Positions 11,514-24,450 of a stretch of DNA of 64,000 nucleotides are shown piece after piece. How positions within the stretch are numbered: the stretch's first letter is position 1; each line of letters opens with the position of its first letter. The stretch is from Amphiscolops sp. MND2022. Taxonomy: Eukaryota. The translations under genes were made by a program, and so were the position numbers. The stretch covers positions 31,186,001 through 31,250,000 of the forward strand of contig OZ076419.1 in NCBI GenBank assembly GCA_964187785.1. Direction: 5' to 3'. The notes beneath the pieces are model-generated. The model made no database searches, was not told the DNA's origin, and worked only from the letters and a program-made list of their open reading frames with translations.

Positions 11514-14500
11514 CTGAAATGCAACTTTCAAGTATTCTGTTCTCGCAAAAAATAAAGGAGTGGGAGACACTATGTTTGTTGTCCTTGAAATATTGTTTTT
11601 CCCAGGTTGTCCAGTCATGGATGTTTAACATTATTCATGGTTCAACATGCCCTGGACTGAGCCATAAAACGTCCAATCCATATTAACGGTTTTACATTGC
11701 ATTGGTTTTATTGACGTCAGTTTGATCGAATTCCTTCTGAGAAAGAAATGAAATGAAGAAGTGTCCCTATGTTATTAAGAAACAACCGTTAAGAGATTAT
11801 TAGCCTTTGTCTGTTCCATGTACATTGTATATAATGGCATCAAACCTTCTACTGATTCTGGCAAGAGTCTAGTTGATGCTAGGATTTTTGTCAACAGTAC
11901 GCGGATAGTTGCTGAAATTTGTTCAACAGTTAGTTTTCAAATATGGAGAAGGAATTCGGGTGTAATGGAAGTCATTTACATTCATTCTAACCTGATAATT
12001 TACAAAAAAGTTTGAATGAACACAATCTCTATAAATCAATTTTCACAGAAAAACCATCAAAAAACATAATCAACATGTTCCATCTACCATGTGATGGGTT
12101 TTATGGAGACCCTATATCACCTGCGTCTTCTGAATGAGATATTTGATCATGGGCAAAAATATTTAGCCTGCGACGTGTTCAAAGTTGAAAACTGTTGATT
12201 GCATTCCATCAAAAAAAAACAAACCAATTTCAAAAGTGGTCGCCAGTACTTGAAAATTCTTCATGAAGTGTTCTAGCCTCGAATGATCATCGGAAGGACT
12301 AAATGGCTGCTGATCATCATGATATTTTTTTAAAAATTATTTGATTCTCTATCTAAATTCTACTTAATTTCATCTCCGTTTTTTCTGTTTTGATTTTGTG
12401 ACCTTCAACTTGTCTATACATTCACTGAACTGTTGCAATCGAGATGTGAAAAACTTTGCTCAAGTTTGTGCTGAGTCCGGAATCTGACGTCAAACGAGAC
12501 TCGAACGCCATTTTGAAAAACAACTCATTTCAATGGGTGACACTTCTCGTGGAACAATCAATACGAAAATTTCCACTTCACTTTCCATAGACATGGAATT
12601 GTTTACGTCAGACTTTTCTATCGTCAAAATGTTTCTACATTTCAAAATCCATCAGTTCAATCATTTTGGCCGGCCGCATTTTAAACCATAGAGAACCTTT
12701 TGTATCATCGTCATCAGGAAATTCATTGTCTTCATGAAAAATGACCTCTCAAACTATCTTGTTATTTAAAAATTATGTTTCAATATGGAGACTTTGCATG
12801 GTTTAGCTGTAATAAAAATGGCAGCTTTTGCATGTTGTAGATTTTGAAATGAGCAAACTGCCTGTTTTACAGTAGCCTCTCAAGTGCGTCAGAGATTAGC
12901 CAGTCCACCGAGGAAATCAAAAAATGGGGTGCTTGAATAAACTTGGGCGCAATTTCTCAGATGAATTTGCGAGATCCCCGCCGCGTGAACAAAAGAACGG
13001 TGGCGACTTGTCTGTGTTTTTGGCACTGTTTGTACCTTCAGACAAGTTACAGCGACTTTCCAGCTTTTCCAATGAATTCTAACAACATGATTGCTGAAAA
13101 ATTGATTTTTCCCAGCATCCAGTCAAGAATAAGTTAATAAATATTTCATTTTCAATTCTGCTAAAAATTGTTTTGTGTAAGAAGCGGCTTTACCATTTGG
13201 TCTGATAAATCCATGCTTTGTTTGCTTCAAAACCCGCTCATTATTTGCTCCCTATTTTGAGAATAAGTGAAAATGCGGGAATGTAAAAGCATGGATGAAA
13301 GCATTACATCCCTTCATTCACTGTAATCCCTGTAATTCTTTTTATAACTGTCCTTGCTTCTCCTAGTTTGGTTGTCTACAACCCATCAACTAATGTGTAG
13401 CTGTAACTACTAAGTTATAACTACCGCTAACTATCTCCTATACCCCTACCACTACCTAACTACCCCTATTACTTACCAGCACTGCAGTGTGTTGTGGCTG
13501 TTATAACTATTACTAACTAGTTCCACTACTGTCGTCATTACTATTCCCGGCTGCCATAGCCCTTGAAGTTACTCCACATAGACTCCCCTTCCCCAATTTG
13601 GCCCAAATCATGGATGTCCCCGGCATAACAGACAGGCCTCTGGATCGCAACACTGCCGCGGTCCTTTCCAACTTGATATAATTGCTTATAACCAGCGATA
13701 ACCAGTTTAGTAGTACATCATCCAATTTACTACAACAGGACAACTTGGCATCCATCAACTTGCCATTAATCTGATGAGGCGAGCGACACCTAAAATGTGG
13801 AAATGGGCCATGGTGTGTGTCCACAAATATAAACATATTAAGTCATAGATGGTACAAAATCAGCATTTTTCCAATACTTTTATATGGATTTTGTTGAAAT
13901 AAACAGTTGACAAAGCCAGTGAAATGATCAAGGATGTTTCCATCCCAATGACTGACACTTACTCTTTCCCGCTCCTCCATCGCAATCCGCTTCTAAATTA
14001 TCCAAATGTGTTCAGTTCAGTGTTCACGCTTGTCCTCAATCTCAATTATTCAACCGCATTTCGTTCACACATCCAATATTTCTGTCGTCGCTCCATTACA
14101 CATATTGGACTTCTTTCGAAAATCAATGGAATTGAAAAAAACACTCGAAAAACGATGGTCAAAACCTTTAACGTCCACCACATTTTGGTTTTAAACGTGA
14201 CCGCGATAACAGTAATGTTCGCAACAATTTCATTTGTTGCTCCAAATATATACTCGACTCCTACTTTTCGTGATGGTGTTTAATTCTTGTTATCGAATTT
14301 CAATTCAAGTAATGCATAATATGAACACTAGCTCAAATTGAAACTTGGCTCTCCTTTTGGTTTAATTTGATATACTACTATACTACATCATTACTTGGTT
14401 TCTGTTTATAAAAATATCTTCTTTTCTTTGCTTTTTATCTTCTTTCCTCGACAAGGCCCTTCATAGATTTACATTCTTTTTTTAAATGTAATTTGAGGTA

Positions 14501-14725
14501 GAAATTTTACTTCCATTACGCTTCAACAAAGTTCAATTCTTATTATAGATTTTCCTTTTTTCAAATTAGTACTAATTAGTACGCAAATGATTTCAATATG
14601 TTTTCTTTTCGCTGCGGTCAAAGTTTTGATCTAAAATCTGTGATCGTTTAATTTAAAAATCTATGATCGAAAATCCTGAAATTGACGTTTACGTTTTTGT
14701 TAAACTAAGTCCAAGAAGCATAGTG

Positions 14726-15247
14726 GATTACCAGAAAACTCAACACAAGAAAACTCAACACAAGAAAACTCAACACAGAAAACTCAACACAAGAAAACTC
14801 AACACACGAAAACTCAACAGAGAAAACTCAACACATTTTAAGCCTTCAATAATCGTGATATTTATTATACATATTATACACAAATTATAAATATTGCTTA
14901 TTAATATTGGTTTGTTGCGTTGGCTATTAGAAAATTCAACTATATCCATTGGAAGTTAAAGTACAGGTATGTTGCAGAGCGTGTATTGTGCTGAGAAATG
15001 ATGAATTTTATGTGTATTTGAAATGAGTCGCAATTGTGATTAAGTGTGAACGGAAATTATACGAATTTAACAATTAGTTAAATTTCAGAAACTAAACTCA
15101 ATTGAGGTGTTAACTAATAATAATTAAATGTGTTGAGATTTTGTGTTGAGTTTTCTGTGGCGAGTTTTCTTGTGTTGAGTTTTCTGGTTTTCACTATGTG
15201 TTGAGTTTTCTGTGTTGAGTTTTCTTGTGTTGAGTTTTCCTTACCCC
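14726..15247. mobile_element. Foldback/MULE-like non-autonomous element with inverted arrays of a 14-15-nt unit (AGAAAACTCAACACA)
   Basis: 7 units at 14733-14835 and ~7 inverted units at ~15127-15240. The 8-bp TSD GCATAGTG lies at 14718-14725 and 15248-15255. Confidence 0.85.
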
Positions 15248-17160
15248 GCATAGTGATAGGATTAACTTCAAAAACAATGAAAAATGTAATTAGATGCAGG
15301 ACTTTGAAAGAAGCAGTAACCAAGAAGCGCTCTGAAACTTCCGAAAAGTTTAACCAATGATATTGCTATCCAAAATAAGGCTTAAACTTGTATGAGCCCA
15401 GGCTATAGCGCTGAATTTGGAAACTTCATCCGAATATCCAAATTATCATTCTTATTCCATCTGGTATCTATCTCATTGTCGCTTTCAAGAAACATTAAGC
15501 GACTCTTGTAATTTAAAAAGGTTGTTTCTTTCTACCGCAAAAATGGCACAGAAAAAATCATTTCATACGCATTTACGGTAGATATAAATAATTTTTCCTT
15601 GCCAAATAATTTTGGACCGCGCTTCTTTTTAAACAACGTAAAATTGTCTTAGCATATGAAAAACTAGGTGGGGAGATAATAGGAGGTATATAGCTTATTG
15701 CGGTTTCTGCCTGGTAAGGTTTTACCAAGTTTGATCACATTAAACCCGATGGTGTAATTAATGATTCGCATTTTTATATTCTATGCTAATTCAATTTTGA
15801 GTCGTTAGGTATCAAATGAGGAAAATTTTGATGTCTTGAACTGCTTGTTTTTTTCCTAGAAAAAATCTCGACAGCGCATATGTTTTGTAACTTACTATTC
15901 GATAAAATTAATGAGGAAATGTTTGAAAAAGTCACTGTAAAAGGGGTGGGTGCAGAATTGTAGAAAGAATTGAGTAATTTTTCAAAAGAAAATTAACCTT
16001 GTTTGTCTGATTAAGTTGATATTTATTTCGTCTAAACCAGAAACCACGAAACAGCTGAGCGTCAAGAGTTTTCAGCTGTGGAAATTTTTAGTGACAACAT
16101 ATTTTAAAGGAAAACATTTAAACATATTTTCGAGTTCACTCAATAAACTTACGCCAGCAAAACTTGCACGAACAAAAAAGTCAAACGTCTCCATGAATAC
16201 AATTACTAAAACTTTTTTTCCGATGTTGAGTTTGTAGAAAAACTCTATTTTCCAATCACCAAACGTGACAAAACTTGAAAAAAGCTAAAGTGAAAACGTT
16301 AGCAGTAAACCGAAAAGTTAAATACAACAATATAGTTGAAAAACAATACTGCTGAAAAACAATTCAAAAACCATCCTCTTCTCATATAGTAGATTCGAAG
16401 AATTCTGCCTTTTCGAAGATTGCCTATGCTTTTCACACCATTTTTCATATATTGTAGAAATTACTCGTTGGGGACCGGCATTATTGATTGTGTTTTGCCA
16501 TCTTTGTTTGTGGTTTTGATGGTTACCTACACAGACTACCAGCCGACCTCTTCGTTCGAACATTGCCCACATTTTTGTTGATTTCTGAAAATATTTCCGT
16601 AATTAATTATGTAGACTTTTTGAGTAGCTCAAATTTTCGGAGTACAGTGGATGCTAGACGAGCGCAAACGGTAAAGGTCTTGACTAACTTCGGCAATACC
16701 GTATAGTTTGTTTTTTTGAAAGGATGGATCGAAAATTGGTGTCGTTTACTCTGATTCAATTGTTTTATTGCATGTAGTTTTATGCTTTATGGACTCATGA
16801 AACTTTTTTTTCGAAGCACAAAAGAAACGTCCAAATGGCCGGTATTAAATCAGAAATTGTGAATTAAATTTAATTTTTGAGCTTTTCTTCTCTAGGCAGT
16901 CAATTTTCAAGCGTGGTGGAATTTGGAATGCGTGGGAAAGGTTTGAGTTTATCAAGATTTTAACTCGGTTGAAACAAGATGTGTGTTTCAATACTTTCAA
17001 CTCAACACTTCTGTTCAAATCTCAACAATCAAACAGTACATTACTATCTGAGCAACATGAATAGACAGATCTGAATCAGTTAGAGTCTGTTTGTTAGCCG
17101 AAAACTCTCACCTCTCACTGTGTATTTTTTCATAGCAATGTGACCTTCGGATTTCACGAC

Positions 17161-18290
17161 CCCCACCCCTACGGAAAACGTCGGTTGTACTAGGTTATCG
17201 ATTGAAGCTCCGTATTTAACGGTTAGCACTGTAGGTTTTTTGGGATGGTCTGTATTTTACGTTCTTCACTGTTCTTATGCGGCTTGGCTTTGTTTCCTGG
17301 TTATAAATCCCAGTTAATAAAGTTTATTTGTTGATGGTATAGTAGGGTACTGCCTAAATTTTCGGTTTGTTCACAAATGCCAGTGTCTTTGATTTTCTTA
17401 CAAATGAAGTCGGTTCGTTGAGTATTTGTTCAGAATATATCTTTGTTTCAGGAGTGAGATTGGTTTCCTCGGGATGTAGATAAAGTTCATCCTCAAATTT
17501 TGTATGAAACAGTACCTATCGTTCTTGTTTTAGTAAAAAAATTCATCATCGAAACAATGCCTAAGTCCAGGTCCATCGGTTTATCTGTACAGTTTTGTTG
17601 TGAGGGGAATTGACTCTTTTCGTTACGAGGTTGCTCTTTTCTTTTCCACCAGTGCTAGCTTCTCTCACTGTTTTCCGCTCGGGGGTTCTTCTCTTCTATA
17701 ACCACATGATGTCGAGGGTGCAGTGGTTAATGAGCGGGATGGTTTATCTGTGGCCATAGTCAATCTAGTGTTCATCCGTTTTGTCGGAGAGGTGACACTC
17801 TGAAAAGGTAGTTTGGTAGATAATAATTTCATGTGGATTATTTTCAATTGGTGATTAACGTATATTTAGTCCTTGAGACCGCTACTTCCGGTGTATCATC
17901 AAATTTGCTACCTTGAGAGCTCTTTCGTAGGCTTTTTTGTGAAACGTAAAGAGGTTGTTATTGTTTTTACTTTTACTTGTACCTACAGTACTCGACAGTT
18001 TCTTATGTGGGTGAAAGTAATTTTCCTGAGAAACTTGGAGCCGTTCGTCTTTTCTTTAGCCATAACCAGATGATGGGTGAATTCACCGGTAGAGTTCCGG
18101 GTAATGTAGGCCGGACTTGGCTGAAACAACATTTTTGATATTAAACAGTTTGGTTCTTGGTTTACGTCCGATATGGAGATCAAAAGCACTTTTCTCAGTT
18201 TCCGAGTGTGTAGTGAACCTGAAGACGTATAGTGCTTGATTCAGCCTCTCGCGTAGTCTGTATCCGTCTTACAAATTCGGATTTTTCAAG
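17161..18290 (-). pseudogene. Decayed Gypsy pol 3' end (integrase C-terminal half and tail), distant relative of the intact element
   Basis: Frameshifted minus-strand peptides align by eye to the intact Pol: LYVFRFTTHSETEKSAFDLHIGRKPRT vs IRQTPHNILKMTPFQLHHGRKPRT; YITRNSTGEFTHHLVM vs FTVHDSDGELADYLVL; TKYTLITN/KIIHMKLLSTKLPFQ vs TKHTITTTDGKVIHKKLASNPFKFQ. A PPT-like AGGGGTGGGG lies at 17161-17170, and a possible degenerate LTR at ~16980-17160. Confidence 0.75.
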
Positions 18291-21200
18291 GTTGTCAATG
18301 GTTAGGTGGTTGTCTCAAAGTAAATAACTCGTTTTTGGTTTCTTGTCCACGCAGTCATTCTCGCAACCAATTATAAGTCTCAAGTTTCTAAAAGCTTTTT
18401 CTTCAATATCTCAATGAAGATAACTTTTATTTTTTTTACAATCCCAGCTAAATCCTTTTCGCTACATACTGTCACAAACATTGGTGATATCCTATTAAAA
18501 ATTCGGAGAGATAATGTGCTTAGGCTTTTCATGTTCATCTTGCCCAATTGTTGAACCAACGTCAACCAGCTTCATAAGCGACGCCGTGTTGGAAAATTCC
18601 AAATTTAAGTTTCTGAACTGTTTGCAGTTCTACTTAAAATCACGAATGTCTCTATTTTTGGACCTTTAAGTATTCCCGTCTTTGCTAGTCTGTGTAAAAT
18701 CCATACGTTATTGTAATTTTCAATGAATCATTCAAAACATCACTTTTTCTTTGATGTCAAGATCCAGCCTTCAAATTCACATAATGTAAAACAAGTGTTT
18801 GTCGGTCAGTTTTTTGAAGATGTTAGTAACGTTTGCGTAGCCAGACCTAATCGATACTGGCTTAATTAACGCCACTTTCAAACAAGCCTGGCTAGCTGTT
18901 TGGGTACTGGCTGACAGACTAATTGAGACTGGGTTAATGCAGCCAGACTAATTACATTTGTGCAGACTGGGAGGATTACATGCATTCTGTAGTGTTGTCA
19001 GCAGATCGTTGTTTATAGACTGACACAAGATGTCGTCTTCTCAATGGTGTATGCTCTGTTACATACCAGCACAATGTCATGTAGCATTAGACGAGCAGAC
19101 AGCCAGACAAACCCAATGCAACATTACACAAAAGGAACCGCGACCTTCCTTCCATCCACGCCAACATATCTCAAGTGTCAGGGTAGCGTTGAACATGTTT
19201 GATTTATGGGAGGGAACCGTCGATCTGATAGCTCTGTTATCATAGCAAAATGAGGAAATGCTGGAACAATCTTTGTAAATAGCGACCATGCATGATTTTA
19301 TTATATTCATAGCACTACTATGTTTCAATTATATGCTTTTCTTGTTCATTCCCACACAAAGACAGAAAAAAATTCTTTTTCAAGATAGATTTGATATTAG
19401 GAAGTTTAGTCTGCAAATGTTTGATTAGATTATAAGAATTAAATCATAAATTTTGGTCACATTGATCAACTGGACAAAACCAACTATGAACTTTCGAGTT
19501 AGTTCAATTTTTTTTCAAAATTGAAACTTGTGAAATTTTTTTGCCAATTTTTATACTTTTTGAGGAAGTTGGCATCTGAATATTTTTTCCAATAAAAATA
19601 ACTTTCATCATAATGACCAGTCGAATCTTAAGCGAGACTGTAAATAGTTTTTGCTCTACTTTTAGTTTGAGTTTTGAGATCTTGACGCCAGTGAACTTTA
19701 CTATTGAATTGTGCTAATCTAGAGATCACAGCTTTTCTGTTAGAAGCATTGTTTGTTTCGCTCGCTCCAGTGCCTTTTTCTGGTGACAGAAAGACCCAGC
19801 TTCCCGCCTCAGGATCTGCCCCTTTGAAGTGGGAGGCTTTTCTGGTCGAAACCGGGCGTCGCTGTTGGTTAATCTAATAAACTCAGAATATATAAATGCA
19901 AGACTTACTGGCTTCTCCAAGCTGGCGAAACGACCACGTTAAATATTTTATAGCTCAAATGACATAACAACAGACAATTCAGGGGACTTCGTTGCGACTC
20001 CACGAGTGTATTTGCGACAATTTTTCAACCACAGTTTGAGCTGAACTCGAGTTAATTAATTCAGTCCAACAGTGCACTTGTATGCATGCAGACATCCTGC
20101 AGCAATAAAGACTTTTGATCAGAAAAAGAAGAAGTTCCGGAGTCTTAAGGTCCTTTTTGATGCAGTACTTAGTATAAAATTCACTTTTCAAAACTCAATT
20201 CAGGAGTCTGATGTAAAAGATGATAAATCAATTTTGGGAATTTCAAAGAGGAGACGTTTTTTCTACAAGTGTTGACCGAAGTGTTTTTTTTACATTAGCT
20301 AACGGCGCGGAAGTATTTGAGTCTTCCTATATGAAATGCGAACTCAAATTTTCGGGGGATGAGCACCATTGTCGACGGGTGTATAGCGCCATAGCTTCAA
20401 TTTTTTTTAGATTTTTTCAATTCCTTGCAACCAACAGGCAACACATGTATGTTTTTCAAAATAGCCACCTTAGATTAAATAAACCAACCTATCAAAAATT
20501 TGTGAATCTTGAAAATAAAATGCGAAGCAGAAATTTAATCGAATTGTCTGGCTAAAACTCTGTGCTCAGTCTCTTTGTGTCTTCAAGTTCTTCTAACACC
20601 TGGTTTTTAATCAATCTTTCTTTTACATTAACTAGTTAATTTCACTTCATTATCATGTGATCTAGCCCAAACAAAAAATCATCACAGCGGAAATACTCGA
20701 GGTTTTTATGAAGTGCAATCACTGTTTTCCAGTTGAGATCGCAAATTGTATTTCAATGTAGTTTTTATGGGTTTGGCCAGATTAAGACCGGTCCTCTGCT
20801 AAAAACAATATATGATAAATATCGTGAAGATTTTCAAGTTCTGATTTTCAATTTATCTCAACGCAATGAAATTGAGTATAGTTTCCGCTATCATCTCTAT
20901 CAATTTACATTGAAAACTTCCACGCAGTCCTAAAGCGAAACAATCCGGAAAATAGGAATTTAAAAAATTGATTGAAAAACATTCGTTGCTGCTCTAAACA
21001 ATACCGTGGAACATTACAAAAATGCACTAGGTTTGAAAAAGCTAACGATGCTCGATTTCGCTAACAAAAACTTTCAAATCTCACTAAAGTTTCAAAGAAC
21101 AAACGAACACAAATTTCCGTGGATCAAAATATTTCAAAATTTTCATCAGAATCGCAAGTTTTTTTATTTTGAAATTGACAAATTTCTTGAAACCTTTGGT

Positions 21201-23130
21201 AAGAATCTTCAAGAGCGCCCAGACTATGTACGACCTTGCAAGATATTGCCAAGAATTCAAGAGTAAAGCTGACTAAAGTTCGTGAAAGCAAGCAAAAACC
21301 GACGCTAACTGCAGCTTGATCAGCTACCTATTATGCCGCAGCTTCTCGCGCTACCAACCAATCTATCACGTTCTGAATTACAATACTTTTCAATACTTTG
21401 TGTTGTCGTATAGCCAATGGAGTGCGTCTAACAAGCCGACAAGTTAATATGCAGAACAAAACTAATGGTGCCATTAAGCAGAACGGAACTGAAATTTCAG
21501 ATTAGAACTAAATATTTGAGTCAAGTTAGCTGGCAAAAAACTATTATTATTTTAAAGTAGCTATCTTCAAATAACCCTAGTTCCCTAAATGCAGAAGCGA
21601 AGCGATGCGGAGCGACGTGCCATTTGGCCAAGCCTCAATGTTGCTACTTGGCGAAGGGAGCGAAGGGACTGAGCCATACAACAAAAATACTAACATCTTC
21701 CAATAAATCAAGTTCCATACTTTTTGGCTGTAACAGCACCCATTTCATTGATTTGTAATTCTAAAATCTGATTGGTCAAATAATTATAGTGTTCATTAAA
21801 TTTTCTGCTTTTTGAGTAGTCTGTCTATTATACGGTCTGCTTTTAGATTACTTCCTTGAAAAGCAAATACTTCAGAAAAAAACATTGAAGCTGGTAGTCC
21901 CAACACTAGCAAAGTACTTGTAAACAAAAATGTCGTTTGTTTCACAAGTTTTTCTATATGTTGACACTCTTGACAAGACTCTTACCAAGATTCCTATCAC
22001 GAATTTTAAGAGGTTTGTGTAAAGCAAGACTAAACAAGATCTTTTAAAGGCTTTCAAGAGTTGTTCGGGAACATGTAAGATTCCGCAAGATCTTGGCAAG
22101 AATTTCAAAATATTTTGCACTGAGATCAAACAAAATTACTTTTTCCGAATCGAATAATCCTAGTCCATGAATATCAATTTTAATCGCTAAATACTTAAAA
22201 CATCGTTAGAAATCAAAAAACATATTGATTAAATCACGAACATAAATTACTACTAATGTTTAATTTACAATTTCTTTAAACCACAAGGTTCATTTTCCTT
22301 TTGCTCGACCAGTAGTTTTAAATGCATTTGATATGCAGACTGAAGAGAAAAGCACACGGCACGTGTAATTTTCCAAAGTGTTCACGTTTTGATTTTCGGT
22401 TCAGCTGTGATTTGCAGGGTCATTTTGCATGTACACTTCAACATGCAAAAGAGAAGTGTGCCAGGCTCAAAGGTTACCACAATCATAAATGGGTTGGTAC
22501 AACGTCTAACTTGGGCAAATTAGACAAAAATTGAATTCACGGATTCTCTTTCTACCTCAACGGATCAGAGAGGTGTCTTCGCGAGAGGACCCTCTTCACT
22601 GATACAATCGCGTAAACGCTTACAGGTTGTATAAGGTGGCTTCTCTCGGCAAAAATGCAGGTTAACAGGTTCAAGCTCTCTGATCGGCACTCTTGACAGG
22701 ACCATTTTAGCGTTCGACCTGTGCAGGGACACGGTGATGCGTTGGAAAAGTTGATGTTTTTACTGCTGCACGATCTCGCAGGTTGTTGTCCGCGCATCGT
22801 TCGGCCAATTCATAAACAAAATGATATTGAAATGCATTGCACTGAAATTCTTCAACAAATACTCCTAAAAAATCTTTTCCGATGGTTACAACTGTTTTGA
22901 TATGTTCAGTTTTCTTTTAGGAAAGTTTTTATTCTGCGAATTAGTTTTTGAGATAATGATTTCAAAGTTAAAAAATTCAAAAATTCTTGAACAATACTAT
23001 CTGAGATAATTTCTGTTCGTTTTCGAAAAAACCTTGTGTTCTGGCAAATTCAATCGATTCAACCTTGATGCTTGATTTTTATCGAATACCAGAAGTTTAG
23101 TGGTCAGGAAGTTCGTCGTGGGTAAGTTTT

Positions 23131-23901
23131 CAGTCGGCGCATTTTAGTAGAAAATGTGCCCGACTCTTACAGTGGGTAGTTTTTTTAGACGCGTAAGGTT
23201 CACTTTTTTGTTCATTTGTTCAACAACGTCAGACCTCAACAACTTCAAACCTCAACAACTCCAACCTCAGAAGCGCGTCCAAAACGAAAAGAAAAAACAA
23301 AACAGACGTCCAGAACCTCGAAAACACACTAAGAATCCCCACAAAGCCCCACTTTTTTTCGGCACTATGAGACTTTTTGAAACTTTTTGGATTGCACCAA
23401 AGGGTCACCCCTTCATTTGTTTCGATTTTTTGCAACACAATGGATGTCGAAAAATCGCAAAGGCTCCCCGCTTTTATAGTTTTTGGCACTGTGACACAGT
23501 TCAAAAATCTCATTAAAATTTTTTTGGGAAATTTTTTCATGTCTCTAAAGGGTCCCCCTTCAATTTTTTTAAAATTTTTTACAACCAGCTGGAGTTTCAC
23601 AAAGCCCGAAGGGTCCCCCTTTTAAATTTTGAGCCTTAGATATGGCGCCAACTTTGGCCGTTCTCGGCTTGTTAACTTTATCATTCGGTTTCAATCCACT
23701 ATTAAAATTCTCTCACTCCCTAGTTTTTTCTACATTAGGCCGTCCACTTTTTGGGAATTTTTTTATGTCCCCAAAGGGTCCCCCCTTCAATTTTTTTTTT
23801 ATTTTTTGCAGCCAGTTAGAGTTTCACAAAGCACGAAGGGTCCTCCCTTTTCAATTTTGAGCCCTAGATATTGCGCCGACTTTGGCCGTTCTCGGCTTGT
23901 T
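23131..23901 (+). mobile_element. Dispersed repeat with internal AAGGGTCCCC modules and a duplicated 3' end GGCCGTTCTCGGCTTGTT (Helentron-like non-autonomous element?)
   Basis: About 7 AAGGGTCCCC-like modules. The 3' end occurs twice (ending 23673 and 23901) with a small GCCAA/TTGGC hairpin before CTTGTT in the first end. Related copies lie at 38880-39230 (-), 48325-48979, ~49690-49796 and ~60170-60640. Confidence 0.6.
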
Positions 23902-24339
23902 TACCTTATCAATTATTATTGAATCTATTTATCTTGTTATCTACTCTAATTTCTTTACTAAACATTTTACTCTGGTTATTGTTAATTGCGCAATGATTGC
24001 GCAACTACCAATGACTGTTTTTGATTATGCTTTTGGGAAAAAAAATTGAAAACAAAATTTTAACGTATCATAGAGAATCTTTCATTGTTACATCTTTTTC
24101 AACAATACTTTTACGCAAATTTAAACATTTTGTGAAAAATTTGAGCAGATTTCTGAATAATAGTATGTAAAAATAGTCCTGGACTGAAAATATCCTGTAG
24201 CTCAATTAGCGTCTTGATGACTTGATTGAATGCAATCAACTTTTTAAAACTCAATTTTGGTGTTACTTGTTTCTGAGATCTCAATAAAAATATTGACAAA
24301 TTGTATGATTAAGATGGTATCTTTTCGTGAACGCTGTTA

Positions 24340-24450
24340 ATACGAGAACATTTCTGACGACGACATTTCCGATGACGGTTTTTTTGACGACGGAATTTCT
24401 GGATTTGCTAATACGACGATATTTCTCCGACGAAATTTCTGACGACGCTT
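24340..24450. repeat. Diverged partial copy of the GACGAAATTTCC array (right-end array of the 38011-38663 family)
   Basis: Repeated gacgacg(g/a)aatttc units and a shared context (gctaatacgacga; aacgctgttaat). No matching left array or TSD was found. Confidence 0.6.

Noticed and set aside
11770-11975. Helical-looking minus-strand frame with one in-frame TGA (PEFLLHI*KLTVEQ...)
   Set aside because: There are no convincing splice sites linking it to the downstream exons and no evidence for recoding.
14733-14835. Short regular repeats resembling a CRISPR array (also 24340-24450 and 38555-38656)
   Set aside because: They are contiguous 14-15-nt tandem units with no unique spacers, there are no cas genes, and the context is eukaryotic.
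14663-15323. ORFs with KTQH/RKLNT repeats
   Set aside because: They are translations of the 15-nt foldback arrays.
16600-16705. Minus-strand VLPKLVKTFTVCARLASTVLRKFELLKK resembling a hAT dimerisation domain
   Set aside because: The similarity is too loose to support without a profile search.
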